Program-made: the position numbers and the translations under genes
Assembly (NCBI GenBank): GCA_965248195.1
Contig: CBDFIQ010000002.1
Span: forward strand, 1,024,001-1,088,000
DNA length: 64,000 bases
Direction of reading: 5' to 3'
Origin: Longimicrobiales bacterium
Lineage (GTDB): Bacteria; Gemmatimonadota; Gemmatimonadetes; Longimicrobiales; Gaopeijiaceae
The notes under the pieces: model-generated
What the model was told of the DNA's origin: nothing
What the model saw: only the letters and a program-made list of their open reading frames with translations
Databases searched by the model: none
In this document: positions 9,446 to 19,791 of the stretch, in pieces
Layout: every line of letters starts with the position of its first letter
How positions within the stretch are numbered: position 1 is the stretch's first letter

Positions 9446-9939
9446 TGGATCTGGACTTTGTTCAGAGCCTCATCAAGGCGCTCGACGAGAGCGGGCTGGA
9501 TTCAATCGAGATCGAACGAGGAGGCACGCGAATCCGGCTCGCGAAAACCCCCTCCGCCGATGCTGGGGTCGCTTCGGCCGCACAGGGGGGCTCTGTGCCA
9601 TCGGCTGGACTCGTGGGCTCTTCCGGCGCGCCAGCCGCGGCGCACTCCGCTCAGCACGAGGGGCACGTTCCGGCCCTTGGGACCGCCTCGGAAGGGTCCG
9701 GGCTGGTGGAGATCGAGTCTCCCATGGTTGGAACCTTCTATCGGTCTCCCGCGCCCGACGCCCCGGCATACGTCGATCTGGGGGCCACGGTCATGCCGGG
9801 TGAAACGCTTTGCATCATCGAGGCCATGAAGCTCATGAATGAGCTGGAATGTGAGGTCTCCGGCGTAATCCGCGAAATCTGCGTCGACAACGGCGAACCG
9901 GTGGAATTCGGGCAGGTCCTGTTCCGCGTTTCCCCGTGA
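9442..9939 (+). CDS. accB: Acetyl-CoA carboxylase biotin carboxyl carrier protein
   Basis: [11 protein letters not shown] and IEAMKLMNE biotinylation motif; ATGA overlap with efp stop. Confidence 0.96.
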   Translation: MMDLDFVQSLIKALDESGLDSIEIERGGTRIRLAKTPSADAGVASAAQGGSVPSAGLVGSSGAPAAAHSAQHEGHVPALGTASEGSGLVEIESPMVGTFYRSPAPDAPAYVDLGATVMPGETLCIIEAMKLMNELECEVSGVIREICVDNGEPVEFGQVLFRVSP

Positions 9940-9983
9940 CCGAGGCCCCGGGGCATTCGGACGCCTTCTCGAGGGTTCGCTGA

Positions 9984-11339
9984 GTGTTCAAAAAGCTGCT
10001 GATCGCCAATCGTGGTGAGATCGCCCTGCGGATCATTCGGGCGTGCCACGAACTCGGCGTGAAGACGGTGGCGGTGTACTCGGAGGCGGACCGCGAGTCG
10101 CTCCACGTCCGCTTCTCGGACGAGGACGTGTGCATCGGACCGCCACCGGCGAAGGACAGCTACCTGAACATCCCCCAGATCATTTCGGCTGCGGAGGTGA
10201 CGGGGGCGGAGGCCATCCACCCGGGGTACGGCTTCCTGGCGGAGAATGCCGAGTTCAGTGAAATCTGTGAGCGCACCGACATCGTGTTCGTGGGTCCGAA
10301 TCCCGATCAGATTCGCTCGATGGGCGACAAGGCGACCGCCCGTCGGACCATGATGGATCTCGGTGTGCCCACGGTACCCGGTTCGGACGGCGTCATATCG
10401 GATCCCGGCGAGGCTGAGAAGGTCGCTGCCGGGATCGGTTTTCCGGTCATGATCAAGGCCACTTCCGGTGGGGGGGGGAAGGGTATGCGGATCGCTCCCG
10501 ATGCGGAGAGCTTCGTCCGGCAGTTCCAGGCGGCCCAGACTGAGGCCGGGACCGCGTTCGATGATCCGGACGTTTACCTCGAGAAATGTATCGTCCAACC
10601 GAAGCACGTCGAGTTCCAGGTGTTCGGGGACCGGCATGGCCGGGTGGTCCACCTCGGTGAGCGAGATTGCTCCATCCAGCGCAGACATCAAAAGTTGATC
10701 GAAGAGGCTCCCTCGCCGGCGTTGACGCCGGAAATGCGGGAGAAGATGGGAGAAGCGGCACTAATGGCGGCGGAAGGGATCGACTACGTGGGAGCTGGTA
10801 CCGTCGAGTTTCTCGTCGATGCCGGTGGATCGTTTTATTTTATCGAGATGAACACGCGAATACAGGTGGAGCATCCGGTCACGGAGGTCACGACGGGCCT
10901 CGATCTGGTAAAGGAGCAGATTCGTGTGGCCGCCGGTGAACCGTTGTCGTTCCCCAGCGAGATCCCTCAGGTGCGAGGGCATGCCATAGAATTTCGCGTG
11001 AATGCCGAAGATGCTTTACGGGATTTCGCACCCTCTCCGGGCCCGATCACGACGTTCCATCCTCCAGGTGGACCCGGTGTTCGGCTCGACACGCATCTGT
11101 ACAATGGTTATCAGGTCCCCCCCTACTATGATTCCCTGCTCGCCAAGTTGATCGTCAGCGGCAAGGATCGCGAAGAGACCATCGTGCGTGCGCGGCACGC
11201 GCTCGAGTCCTTCGTGATCGAGGGGATCAGCACCACGATTCCGTTCCTCGCCGACATCACGCGCGATGAGCAGTTCTTGGCCGGTGGGGTGGACACTGGG
11301 TTCGTGGACCGTTTTTTAGGTGAACGCGGCGGCGACTGA
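9984..11339 (+). CDS. accC: Biotin carboxylase
   Basis: ANRGEIA, HPGYGFLAEN, GGGGKGMR, ERDCSIQRRHQK, EMNTRIQVEHPVTE. Confidence 0.97.
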   Translation: MFKKLLIANRGEIALRIIRACHELGVKTVAVYSEADRESLHVRFSDEDVCIGPPPAKDSYLNIPQIISAAEVTGAEAIHPGYGFLAENAEFSEICERTDIVFVGPNPDQIRSMGDKATARRTMMDLGVPTVPGSDGVISDPGEAEKVAAGIGFPVMIKATSGGGGKGMRIAPDAESFVRQFQAAQTEAGTAFDDPDVYLEKCIVQPKHVEFQVFGDRHGRVVHLGERDCSIQRRHQKLIEEAPSPALTPEMREKMGEAALMAAEGIDYVGAGTVEFLVDAGGSFYFIEMNTRIQVEHPVTEVTTGLDLVKEQIRVAAGEPLSFPSEIPQVRGHAIEFRVNAEDALRDFAPSPGPITTFHPPGGPGVRLDTHLYNGYQVPPYYDSLLAKLIVSGKDREETIVRARHALESFVIEGISTTIPFLADITRDEQFLAGGVDTGFVDRFLGERGGD

Positions 11340-12085
11340 TGAAGATCGACGTACATTTCGAGCCGGCGGCCCCGCTGCCCGACCTGACCGGGAGTACGGT
11401 AGTGGTGATCGATGTCCTCCGAGCGACGAGCTCGATGGTCGAGGCGCTGGTCAATGGCGCCCAGGGTGTCTATCCGGCTCCCTCGACCGAGGAGGCGATT
11501 AAGTTGGCGTCCTCCCTCGGACGAGAGGACACGATTCTGTGCGGTGAGGCGCGCGGACTCAGAATCGAGGGATTCGACCTCGGTAACTCTCCCCGGGAGT
11601 TCTCGGCCGATAGGGTGGTGGGAAAGCGGTTGGTCATGAGCACCACGAATGGCACCGGCGCCTTCTTCCTCGTCGGAGATGCGGTACGGGTCCTGGTCTG
11701 CGGCTTCATGAATCTGAGTGCGGTCGCGGCAGCGGCCATGGAGGCCGAATCGATCGTCGTCGTGTGCGTCGGAATGGGGGGGCTATTCTCTCTCGACGAC
11801 GCCGTCTGTGCGGGAGCCCTGGTGCAACGTATCCGGGCGGCGGCCGGGTCAGACGTCGAACTCAACGACGCCGCGATGGGAGCCGTGGAAATGGCGCTGA
11901 CCTTCCGCATCAACGCACATTTCCTCGCGTCGACCACGGCAGGCCGCCACCTGATCGAGATCGGATTCCGAGAGGATCTCGATGTCTGCGCCGAGATCGA
12001 TCGCCACTCCGTAGTGCCGGAGATGGACGACTGGGTCATCCAGTTGCCTTCCCAGAACGCGGGGTCCTCCGGGCCCGAGGGCTAG
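11339..12085 (+). CDS. comB: 2-phosphosulfolactate phosphatase family protein
   Basis: VVIDVLRATS, GFDLGNSPRE, STTNGT, DDAVCAG. Confidence 0.88.
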   Translation: MKIDVHFEPAAPLPDLTGSTVVVIDVLRATSSMVEALVNGAQGVYPAPSTEEAIKLASSLGREDTILCGEARGLRIEGFDLGNSPREFSADRVVGKRLVMSTTNGTGAFFLVGDAVRVLVCGFMNLSAVAAAAMEAESIVVVCVGMGGLFSLDDAVCAGALVQRIRAAAGSDVELNDAAMGAVEMALTFRINAHFLASTTAGRHLIEIGFREDLDVCAEIDRHSVVPEMDDWVIQLPSQNAGSSGPEG

Positions 12086-12095
12086 AGGCCTCCAG

Positions 12096-14417
12096 ATGCT
12101 GTCTCAGAAGCAGCAACGAGACATCATGGCCGTCGGCTTGTTGACGCTGGCGCTCTTCCTTTTTGCCGCCCTCATCCCTGTGTCGGTGCTCGGCCCGAGG
12201 GGTGGGGAATGGTTCCCGTTGGGGAATATGGTGGGTGTGGTCGGAGAGACGGTGCAGCGTGCGCTCAACACCCTCCTAGGGATTGCGGCTTTTTTCTTGC
12301 CCGGCCTCCTCCTTCTCGGTGGGCTCAGGGCGTGGGAGTGGCTGTCCGTAGGGTTGACGGCGCGCCTCTCGATTCTCATGGGAGGCCTACTGTTGATCGT
12401 GCCCGTCGGTCTCGGGATTCTCGGCCGGGACGGGGAGACCGTGGGCCGATGGGGTGAGCTGGCGGGTCCTCCCCTCGTGACGGCGTTTGGTCTTCTGGGG
12501 GCGGTCCTTTTCATTCTGCTTCTCCTCGTGGTGCTATCCGTGGGCACGTTGGGGTGGAATCCGCTCCGCTCCTTGGCGCAGGGCCTGGCGCAAGGGACCG
12601 GAGTGATGGCGCGCGGAGCTCGTGGCCTCTTCTCCATGGGGGAACGCCTCAAGGCTTGGTGGGACCAGCGCTCAAGAAATCGGCTGGACCAAACGCCGCC
12701 GATGGAGCTTTTGGAGGGTGTTGAAGTGTCCGACCGCGGGGACGACTCCGATGACGTCGGTGCCGAAGCCTACGATGAGGCGTATGAGGAGCTGTACGAG
12801 AGCACGCTGGGGGTGGTCGCTCTGGTTGAAGATAGCGAGGCGCCGCCCGACCCGTTTGTGGAAGGCGAGGTCTCCGACACCGGACTGCCACCGACGGAGT
12901 TCATGTCGGCGGCGGATGACGAACATCGTGATGACATGGAGCGGGAGCTCGACGCGCTGGGCGAGGTTCTGATCGAAAAGCTTCGGACCTTCAACGTCGA
13001 GGGCGAGATCGGTGGCCGCACTACGGGCCCCGTGGTCACGCAGTATGAGGTCATCCCGGCACCGGGGGTGAAGGTGAGCAAGATCGCGAACCTCGACGCC
13101 GACCTGGCTCTGGCGATGAAGGCGCAGAGCATTCGGATCGTAGCGCCGGTGCCCGGGAAGGGCGCCGTCGGTGTGGAGATTCCCAACCCCGAGCCCGAGG
13201 TCGTCCGCCTTCGCGACATCCTCGACTCACCGACCTACCAACGCAGTCGCGCCGAACTCCCGTTGGCGCTCGGCAAGGATCTCAACGGGAAGCCCTACGT
13301 GGCCGATCTCCGCGAGATGCCCCACATCCTCATCGCAGGCGCCACCGGGTCCGGTAAGTCGATCTGCCTCAACACCATCATCACCAGCTTGGTCTACCGC
13401 CACACGCCCAAGACACTGAGGCTCCTCATGGTCGATCCCAAAATGGTGGAGCTCTCCACGTACCGGTTGCTGCCGCACCTCCGCCACAAGGTGGTCACGG
13501 ACCCGCGAGATGCCGCGGCGCTTCTCAAGTGGGCGGTCCTGGAGATGGATCGCCGGTACAACCTGCTCAGCGTAAACGGCGTGCGCTCGATTGGCGAGTT
13601 CAACGAACGTATGGGGAGCGGCGCGACGCTCCGGCGTTCCGAGCCGAGGGGCGACGACAACGATCCGGACCGGTGGATCTACGACGACGGGGTCCTGCCC
13701 TATGTGGTGGTGGTCGTCGACGAGTTGGCGGATCTCATGATGACCGTACAGAGCGAGGTGGAGAAGCCGCTCACCCATTTGGCTCAGAAGGGCCGCGCCA
13801 TTGGAATCCACCTGATCGTAGCCACGCAGCGGCCGAGCGTGAACGTGATCACCGGCTTGATCAAGGCGAACTTTCCCTCCCGGATCGCTTTCCGTGTGGC
13901 GTCGAAGACCGATTCACGCACCATCCTCGATCAAAACGGCGCCGACAGCCTGCTCGGCAACGGTGATATGCTTTTCCTGCCACCGGGCTCGAGTGAACCC
14001 GTCCGGATCCAGGGCGCTTACATCTCCACGGCGGAAACCGATCGCATGATGGGCTGGTACCGGGATCAGATCGAGCTTCAGAGCAGGGAGTTGGCCGAGA
14101 TCGAAGCGGCGACGGAATCGGACATTCTGGAACAGATGCGCGCCTACGAGCGAGAGGCCGAGATGGCGGTCGGGGCCGTAAACGCGGCAGAGTGGGATGA
14201 CCTATTCCGCGCTGCCGGTGAGGTGTGCGTGCAGCACCAGCAGGGCTCGACGTCGCTGCTCCAGCGGAAGCTGAAGATCGGGTACGGGCGGGCTGCCCGG
14301 ATCGTGGATCAACTACAAGACGCTGGGATTCTGGGGCCGTCTGAGGGCTCGAAGGCAAGAGAGGTGCTCGTCGGACTCGACGAGCTGGAGTCGATCTTCG
14401 CGAATCGGGGAATGTGA
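12096..14417 (+). CDS. ftsK: DNA translocase FtsK
   Basis: N-terminal TM helices; PHILIAGATGSGKS, DELADLMM, ATQRPSV; C-terminal STSLLQRKLKIGYGRAAR. Confidence 0.96.
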   Translation: MLSQKQQRDIMAVGLLTLALFLFAALIPVSVLGPRGGEWFPLGNMVGVVGETVQRALNTLLGIAAFFLPGLLLLGGLRAWEWLSVGLTARLSILMGGLLLIVPVGLGILGRDGETVGRWGELAGPPLVTAFGLLGAVLFILLLLVVLSVGTLGWNPLRSLAQGLAQGTGVMARGARGLFSMGERLKAWWDQRSRNRLDQTPPMELLEGVEVSDRGDDSDDVGAEAYDEAYEELYESTLGVVALVEDSEAPPDPFVEGEVSDTGLPPTEFMSAADDEHRDDMERELDALGEVLIEKLRTFNVEGEIGGRTTGPVVTQYEVIPAPGVKVSKIANLDADLALAMKAQSIRIVAPVPGKGAVGVEIPNPEPEVVRLRDILDSPTYQRSRAELPLALGKDLNGKPYVADLREMPHILIAGATGSGKSICLNTIITSLVYRHTPKTLRLLMVDPKMVELSTYRLLPHLRHKVVTDPRDAAALLKWAVLEMDRRYNLLSVNGVRSIGEFNERMGSGATLRRSEPRGDDNDPDRWIYDDGVLPYVVVVVDELADLMMTVQSEVEKPLTHLAQKGRAIGIHLIVATQRPSVNVITGLIKANFPSRIAFRVASKTDSRTILDQNGADSLLGNGDMLFLPPGSSEPVRIQGAYISTAETDRMMGWYRDQIELQSRELAEIEAATESDILEQMRAYEREAEMAVGAVNAAEWDDLFRAAGEVCVQHQQGSTSLLQRKLKIGYGRAARIVDQLQDAGILGPSEGSKAREVLVGLDELESIFANRGM

Positions 14418-14482
14418 TGACACCGGGTCCAGGCCGGTTCCCCCTCGGAACGGGCCTGTCGCCCACCGTGTATGGACGGCGC

Positions 14483-15193
14483 ATGAACGAGCCGTTCCGT
14501 ATCCTGATGATTCCGCTCCTGCTGATCTCCCTCGTCGCGGCGCCGCAGACGCTCCACGGCCAGGACGGTCGGGCCTACCAGGTGCTCTACGCCGCCAGCG
14601 ACCGCTACTACGGCCTCGAGACTCTTTGCGCCCACTTCCAGCAGGTCATCGAAGTCACGCTTCTGAGACAGACCCGCTCGGGGGAGGGCACGGTCTGCCA
14701 ACAGCGGCCCGACCGTTTCTCCATGCGCTTCAGCGATCCAGCTGGAGATTTGGTGGTCGGGGACGGGGAGTTCCTTTGGACCTTCTATCCCAGCCTGGAT
14801 GACATGCAGGTGGTGCGTTTTTCGGCGGAGGGCGCCGGGGGCGGGTTCAACTTCTACAAGAACTTTCTGGAAGATCCGCGCGGGCGGTTTGAGGCGGTGC
14901 ATGAGGGCCGAGAGCCCATGGGCGAGGGCCTGTCGCACAAGATCGCGTTGGAGCCGAGGGAGATCGACGGCTTGCGGTCCGCGAACTTTCGATCCGCGGT
15001 CGTTTGGTTCGATGTCGACAGCTACCTGCTCACGGCCTTGGACATCCACGACACGAACGAAACGATCCGCAGGATCCGGCTCACGGACATCCGTGTGAAC
15101 CCCCGACTCCCGGACGAAGAATTCCGCTTCGTGGCACCCGAAGGAGCGCGGGTGATGACGGCACCCGAAGGCGCGGGGGCGATCACGAGATGA
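14483..15193 (+). CDS. lolA: Outer-membrane lipoprotein carrier LolA family (start uncertain, alternative GTG 14414)
   Basis: Signal-like N-terminus; RPDRFSMRF.DP.GDLVVGDG..LW.F.P; F.F..PEGA.V; follows ftsK. Confidence 0.85.
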   Translation: MNEPFRILMIPLLLISLVAAPQTLHGQDGRAYQVLYAASDRYYGLETLCAHFQQVIEVTLLRQTRSGEGTVCQQRPDRFSMRFSDPAGDLVVGDGEFLWTFYPSLDDMQVVRFSAEGAGGGFNFYKNFLEDPRGRFEAVHEGREPMGEGLSHKIALEPREIDGLRSANFRSAVVWFDVDSYLLTALDIHDTNETIRRIRLTDIRVNPRLPDEEFRFVAPEGARVMTAPEGAGAITR

Positions 15194-16683
15194 GAACGAG
15201 GGCCTTACCGGTCTTTCCCCTGGCCCCTGATCCGATCCGATCCGATGTGGCGCGAGACGCCGAGGCGGTGCGGCTTTCAATCGATCCCATTGGCCCCGCC
15301 GACGGCCCCCAGGTCGGGCTCGTGACGCTGGGGTGCGACAAGAACACAGTGGATTCGGAGAAGATGATGGCGGCGTTGGTGGGACACGGCGCCCGCGTGT
15401 CGTCCGACATCAGCGGTGCCCAGGTGGTGGTCGTGAACACCTGCGGATTCATCGAGTCGGCCAAGGAGCAGTCGATCGAGACCATCCTGGAGGCGTGCCG
15501 GCTCAAGGAGGAGGGGCGGGTCCGCGCGGTGGTCGCCGTGGGATGCATGGTCCAACGGTACAAGGAGGAGCTCACCGCCGAGATACCCGAGGTAGACCTC
15601 TTTCTGGGGCTTTCGGAGATGGCCTCTCTGATACCGGAACTCCGCCGTTGCGGCTTTCTCCCAGAGGCATTGGAGAGCGTGCCGACGATGGAGCGCCCGC
15701 TTCGGATCCTTTCCACGGAGACGCCCCACACGTCCTTCCTCAAGATCAGCGAGGGCTGTGACCATACCTGTGCGTTCTGCGCCATCCCCAGCTTCCGTGG
15801 GCTGCACCGGTCGGCGCCGCTCCCCGATTTGGTGACTGAGGCTCGGGCCCTGGTACGGCAGGGGGTGAAAGAGTTGAACATCATCTCTCAGGACACGACC
15901 TGGTATGGGCGGGACCTGTGGAGAAAGGATCGCTCGGCACCGCTCCTCCTCGATTTGCTGCGAGCCTTGGTCGCCGAGACGGACGTGGAGTGGCTTCGCC
16001 TGTTTTACATGTATCCGTCGGGCATCACGCGTCAGATCGTCGAGTTGATGGCGAGCGAGGATGTGCTCCTTCCTTATCTGGATATGCCGCTCCAACACGG
16101 AAGCGACAGGATGCTCGAAGCGATGCGTAGACCCGAACGCCAGGGAACCATACGGGAGCGCGTGGCTTGGATCCGGGAAGCGGTGCCCGACGTGACGCTC
16201 CGGACGACGGTGATCGTAGGATTCCCGGGGGAGTCGGGGGAGGATTTCCGTGGCATGCTCGATTTCCTTGAGGAGCTTCGTTTCGACCGGGTGGGCGCGT
16301 TCACCTACTCGGTGGAGGATGGCACTCCGGCGGCGGACATGCCTGATCAGATCCCGGACTCCCTGAAGCGAGAGCGCCTGGAGGAACTCATGGACGTTCA
16401 GCGCATGATCTCCTCCGAACGCAACGAGGCGCTGATTGGCCGGAGATTTCTGGCGCTGGTCGATGAAGTCCTGGACGACCCGGGCCCGATCGGCACGGCG
16501 GCGGCCGGCCGGCCGGTGGGCGTCGCCCGGACGGTCGGCCAGGCCCTCGACGTAGACGGGGTCACCCACGTTCATCCCTTCGATGGGCTCGCGCCCGGAC
16601 AGTTCATCACGGTGGAAATCGACGATGCGGAGGAGTACGACCTGATCGCGCGTGTGGCGGAAAGCGAAGGACCGACCACGTGA
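15190..16683 (+). CDS. rimO: Ribosomal protein S12 methylthiotransferase
   Basis: LGCDKNTVDSE, NTCGFIESAK.ESI, KISEGCDHTCAFCAIP; TRAM C-terminus; ATGA overlap with lolA. Confidence 0.95.
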   Translation: MRTRALPVFPLAPDPIRSDVARDAEAVRLSIDPIGPADGPQVGLVTLGCDKNTVDSEKMMAALVGHGARVSSDISGAQVVVVNTCGFIESAKEQSIETILEACRLKEEGRVRAVVAVGCMVQRYKEELTAEIPEVDLFLGLSEMASLIPELRRCGFLPEALESVPTMERPLRILSTETPHTSFLKISEGCDHTCAFCAIPSFRGLHRSAPLPDLVTEARALVRQGVKELNIISQDTTWYGRDLWRKDRSAPLLLDLLRALVAETDVEWLRLFYMYPSGITRQIVELMASEDVLLPYLDMPLQHGSDRMLEAMRRPERQGTIRERVAWIREAVPDVTLRTTVIVGFPGESGEDFRGMLDFLEELRFDRVGAFTYSVEDGTPAADMPDQIPDSLKRERLEELMDVQRMISSERNEALIGRRFLALVDEVLDDPGPIGTAAAGRPVGVARTVGQALDVDGVTHVHPFDGLAPGQFITVEIDDAEEYDLIARVAESEGPTT

Positions 16684-16726
16684 AATTGGGAGAGGGAATG
16701 AGCGATCGAATGGCTTCGGAGAGTGG

Positions 16727-18010
16727 ATGACAGACCGAACAAATGGGTTGTGGGGTCGGGCGCAGGCTGTGATACCGGGAGGCGTGAGCTCTCCCGTGCG
16801 CTCTTTCCGCGCAGTAGGAGGTGAGCCGTTCTTCGTGGAGCGTGGCCAGGGCGCCTACCTGTACGACACCGAGGGTCGCCGCTACGTGGACTACGTTTTA
16901 AGCTGGGGTCCCCTCATTCTTGGACATGCCCATCCCGTGGTGACAGCGGCGGTGGAGCGGCAGCTGGCCCGAGGAACGTCGTACGGTGCCCCGACAGTGG
17001 CGGAGGTGGAGCTGGCAGAGCGCATCGTTCGCATGGTGCCCAGCGTAGAGATGGTCCGACTCGTCAACAGTGGGACGGAAGCCACCATGACCGCACTTCG
17101 GCTCGCTCGGGCGGCCACCGGCCGTCCATTGCTGTTGAAGTTCACAGGCTGCTACCACGGGCACGCGGATGCCTTCCTCGTCGCCGCCGGAAGTGGAGTC
17201 GCTACGTTGGGTCTCCCGGATTCTCCTGGCGTCTCCGAAACGATTGCCGCCGAGACTCTGGTGCTTCCGTTCAACGACCTCGATGCGGTCGAGACGTTGT
17301 TCGGCACGCGGGGCGACGACATCTCCTGCGTTTTCGTCGAGCCAGTGGTCGGCAACTCGGGTCTTATCCCACCTGTGAGCGGCTTTCTGGAGGGCCTTCG
17401 CGCCATAACCGAGCGGCACGGGGCGCTCTTGATCTTCGATGAGGTAATGACCGGGTTCCGGGTAGCCGCCGGAGGCGCACAGGAGCGCTACGGGATCGAG
17501 CCCGATCTCACGACGTTGGGTAAGGTCATCGGGGGAGGGCTGCCGGTGGGGGCCTTCGGGGGGCTCCGGCGCCTCATGGAGCAGATGGCACCTGCTGGGC
17601 CCGTATACCAGGCCGGCACGCTGTCGGGAAATCCACTTGCGACGGCAGCCGGAAACGCTCAGCTCCGCTACCTCGAGGAGGAGGACCCATTCGAGGACCT
17701 GGCCCGGGCTGCCGAGCGACTGTCGTCGGGCGTCGTGTCGGCGCTGACTGAAGCGGGGATCGCGGCCACCGGATGTTCCGTCGGATCGATGTGGGGTGTG
17801 TTCTTCAGCAAGGAGCCGGTCCATTCCTTCGAAGAGGCTCAGGGTGCAGACCTCAAAACGTTTCGGGCATTCCATCGGGCGTGCCTCGATCGAGGTGTGT
17901 TTCTTGCACCTTCTCCTTTCGAGGCCGGGTTCGTCTCCACGGCGCACACATCCGGCGTCATCGACGAAACCCTCGAAGTCGTGCGGGCGGCGGCACTCGA
18001 GGTTGCGTGA
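16727..18010 (+). CDS. hemL: Glutamate-1-semialdehyde 2,1-aminomutase
   Basis: IPGGVSSPVR, NSGTEATM, FDEVMTGFR, GKVIGGGLPVGA, QAGTLSGNP. Confidence 0.96.
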   Translation: MTDRTNGLWGRAQAVIPGGVSSPVRSFRAVGGEPFFVERGQGAYLYDTEGRRYVDYVLSWGPLILGHAHPVVTAAVERQLARGTSYGAPTVAEVELAERIVRMVPSVEMVRLVNSGTEATMTALRLARAATGRPLLLKFTGCYHGHADAFLVAAGSGVATLGLPDSPGVSETIAAETLVLPFNDLDAVETLFGTRGDDISCVFVEPVVGNSGLIPPVSGFLEGLRAITERHGALLIFDEVMTGFRVAAGGAQERYGIEPDLTTLGKVIGGGLPVGAFGGLRRLMEQMAPAGPVYQAGTLSGNPLATAAGNAQLRYLEEEDPFEDLARAAERLSSGVVSALTEAGIAATGCSVGSMWGVFFSKEPVHSFEEAQGADLKTFRAFHRACLDRGVFLAPSPFEAGFVSTAHTSGVIDETLEVVRAAALEVA

Positions 18011-18058
18011 CAAACTGAGAATCGCGGACGTGGCTTTCGAAACGGAGGTGCGGTGTGG

Positions 18059-18763
18059 ATGGCGAGGTGTGTGAGTGCGATGAGTAGGATGAGGACGGTG
18101 ATTGCAGCGACGGTTGCTGGTCTGGTCGCGGCCTCGGTGGTGCCTTGGCAAGCACGGGCGCAGGACCTCGCGGACTACGATTACGAAAATCTCTCGTTCC
18201 GCGGTATCTCCTTCGACCTTGGGTACCTTTACGCCGACAATGTCGAGGATACACGGACATTGGGAGTACGACTCGATCTGGGTTTCCTCGGCCCCGGCTT
18301 CAGACTCATGCCGGGGGTGACGTACTGGGAATCAACGCTGGCCCAGACCGAGGTGGATCAGTTCGAGACTCGACTCGGCGCGCTCACCGCGGACCAGGGA
18401 GGGATCATTCCGCCGGGCGGGTTCGATCTGGGCGTCATCGACCGGAAGGACATCGTGATCGGCTTGGACGGCCATTACGTATGGGCGGTGCCTCTGAACC
18501 TGTTCTTCTCAACGGGAGTGGGGATGTCCGCGCACGTCCTCAACGGCTCCGGTACCTCCATCGACGGCACCTTCGTCGAGGACCTACTCGACTCGGTGTC
18601 CGCGGGCTTCAACCTCCATGCGGCTTTGGAGTACCCGGTCGCCGATCGGATCCGCATCCATGCAGGATCCAAGGTCGAAATACTCGGCGATCTCAACTAT
18701 TTCGAGTTTCGAGGGGGGCTGACCTTCATCTGGGGAGGGTTGGTAACGGGGGAGGACCGGTGA
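18059..18763 (+). CDS. Exported hypothetical protein, probable small outer-membrane beta-barrel
   Basis: Signal peptide ending ARA-Q; alternating beta-strand pattern; YFEFRGGLTFIW near the C-terminus. Confidence 0.6.
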   Translation: MARCVSAMSRMRTVIAATVAGLVAASVVPWQARAQDLADYDYENLSFRGISFDLGYLYADNVEDTRTLGVRLDLGFLGPGFRLMPGVTYWESTLAQTEVDQFETRLGALTADQGGIIPPGGFDLGVIDRKDIVIGLDGHYVWAVPLNLFFSTGVGMSAHVLNGSGTSIDGTFVEDLLDSVSAGFNLHAALEYPVADRIRIHAGSKVEILGDLNYFEFRGGLTFIWGGLVTGEDR

Positions 18764-19791
18764 CGTCCAAGTTGGAACGCCACCCTGTGCAAGTGGGCAT
18801 CCTGGGCGTTGGAGCGATCACACAGGTCGTACATCTCCCCATTCTTTCGGAGCGGCCCGATGTCGACGTCATCGCCGTCTCCGATCCAGATCGCCTAAAG
18901 GCGGAGACGCTCGGGGGGCGGTTCGAAGTGCCACGCGTCCTGACCAGCGAGGAGATCCTGAGCGACGACCAGATCCAGGCCGCAGTGATCTGTACTCCAA
19001 ATCATCTTCACGAGTCCATGGCGGTCGAGGCACTGGAGCGTGGCAAGCATGTCCTGGTAGAAAAGCCTTTGGCGATGAGTGCAGAGGGCGTGCAGAGGGT
19101 GCTGGATGCGGCGGCCGCCTCGGCGAGGCATCTCGCCGTAGGAATGCATCACCGATTCCGACCGGATGTGGGGGCCCTCGCAGCTTTCGTGGCCGGGGGC
19201 GAGTTGGGTGACGTTTATGCGGTGCGAGCCAACTCCCTTACGCGGAAAATGCCCGATGTGCGGTCCACTTGGCGGCAAAAACCGGAAGAGGCAGGAGGGG
19301 GCGCGCTGATGGACTTGGGCGTCCAGGTCCTGGATCTTGCGTTCTGGCTCGTGGATTATCCTCCAATCACGCGGGTGACCGCCGTCTTCCGCAGCCGGGA
19401 AGCCGACGTCGAGGAAGCGGCCACCGTGTTCGCCGTGTCCGAGTCCGGCATCGCGTTCAGCGTCGAGGTGAGTTGGAACCTCTTTGCCGAGGCGGACCGG
19501 GACCGAGCTCGTGTGATGGGCACTGAGGGTTCGGGCTCCCTGCCCCCGCTGGGGATCCACAAACAATTGGGGGGACGGCCTACGGACGTGACGCCGCGCC
19601 AACCCAAGACCCGGGGCGGCGAGAACCGATTCCAAAACGCTTATCGCCGCCTGCTGGATCAATTCGTTCGGGCGGTTCTTGGTGAAAGCGATGCCTCGGC
19701 CCCGGTCGAGCAGGTCCACTTGATGGAGGTCATCGCGGCGGCGTACCGATCAGCCAGGGAGGGCAGGGAGATCCATCTTGGCGAGGGCTGA
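18760..19791 (+). CDS. Gfo/Idh/MocA family oxidoreductase
   Basis: VGILGVGAI, CTPNHLH, GKHVLVEKP, GGGALMDLGV; GTGA overlap with upstream gene. Confidence 0.92.
   Translation: MTSKLERHPVQVGILGVGAITQVVHLPILSERPDVDVIAVSDPDRLKAETLGGRFEVPRVLTSEEILSDDQIQAAVICTPNHLHESMAVEALERGKHVLVEKPLAMSAEGVQRVLDAAAASARHLAVGMHHRFRPDVGALAAFVAGGELGDVYAVRANSLTRKMPDVRSTWRQKPEEAGGGALMDLGVQVLDLAFWLVDYPPITRVTAVFRSREADVEEAATVFAVSESGIAFSVEVSWNLFAEADRDRARVMGTEGSGSLPPLGIHKQLGGRPTDVTPRQPKTRGGENRFQNAYRRLLDQFVRAVLGESDASAPVEQVHLMEVIAAAYRSAREGREIHLGEG

Noticed and set aside
11339..12085. comB as evidence for coenzyme M biosynthesis
   Set aside because: No comA or other com genes in the window; stand-alone ComB-like phosphatases are widespread.
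15277..16575. Long antisense ORFs (also 16898-18151, 35995-37296, 58175-59440 and others)
   Set aside because: Shadow frames of well-supported + strand genes, expected at high GC.
18145..18759. Long N-terminal extension of the Gfo/Idh/MocA ORF (similarly 9211, 15004, 55069, 58661)
   Set aside because: These overlap upstream genes in another frame; better starts are marked by stop/start overlaps or the start of homology.
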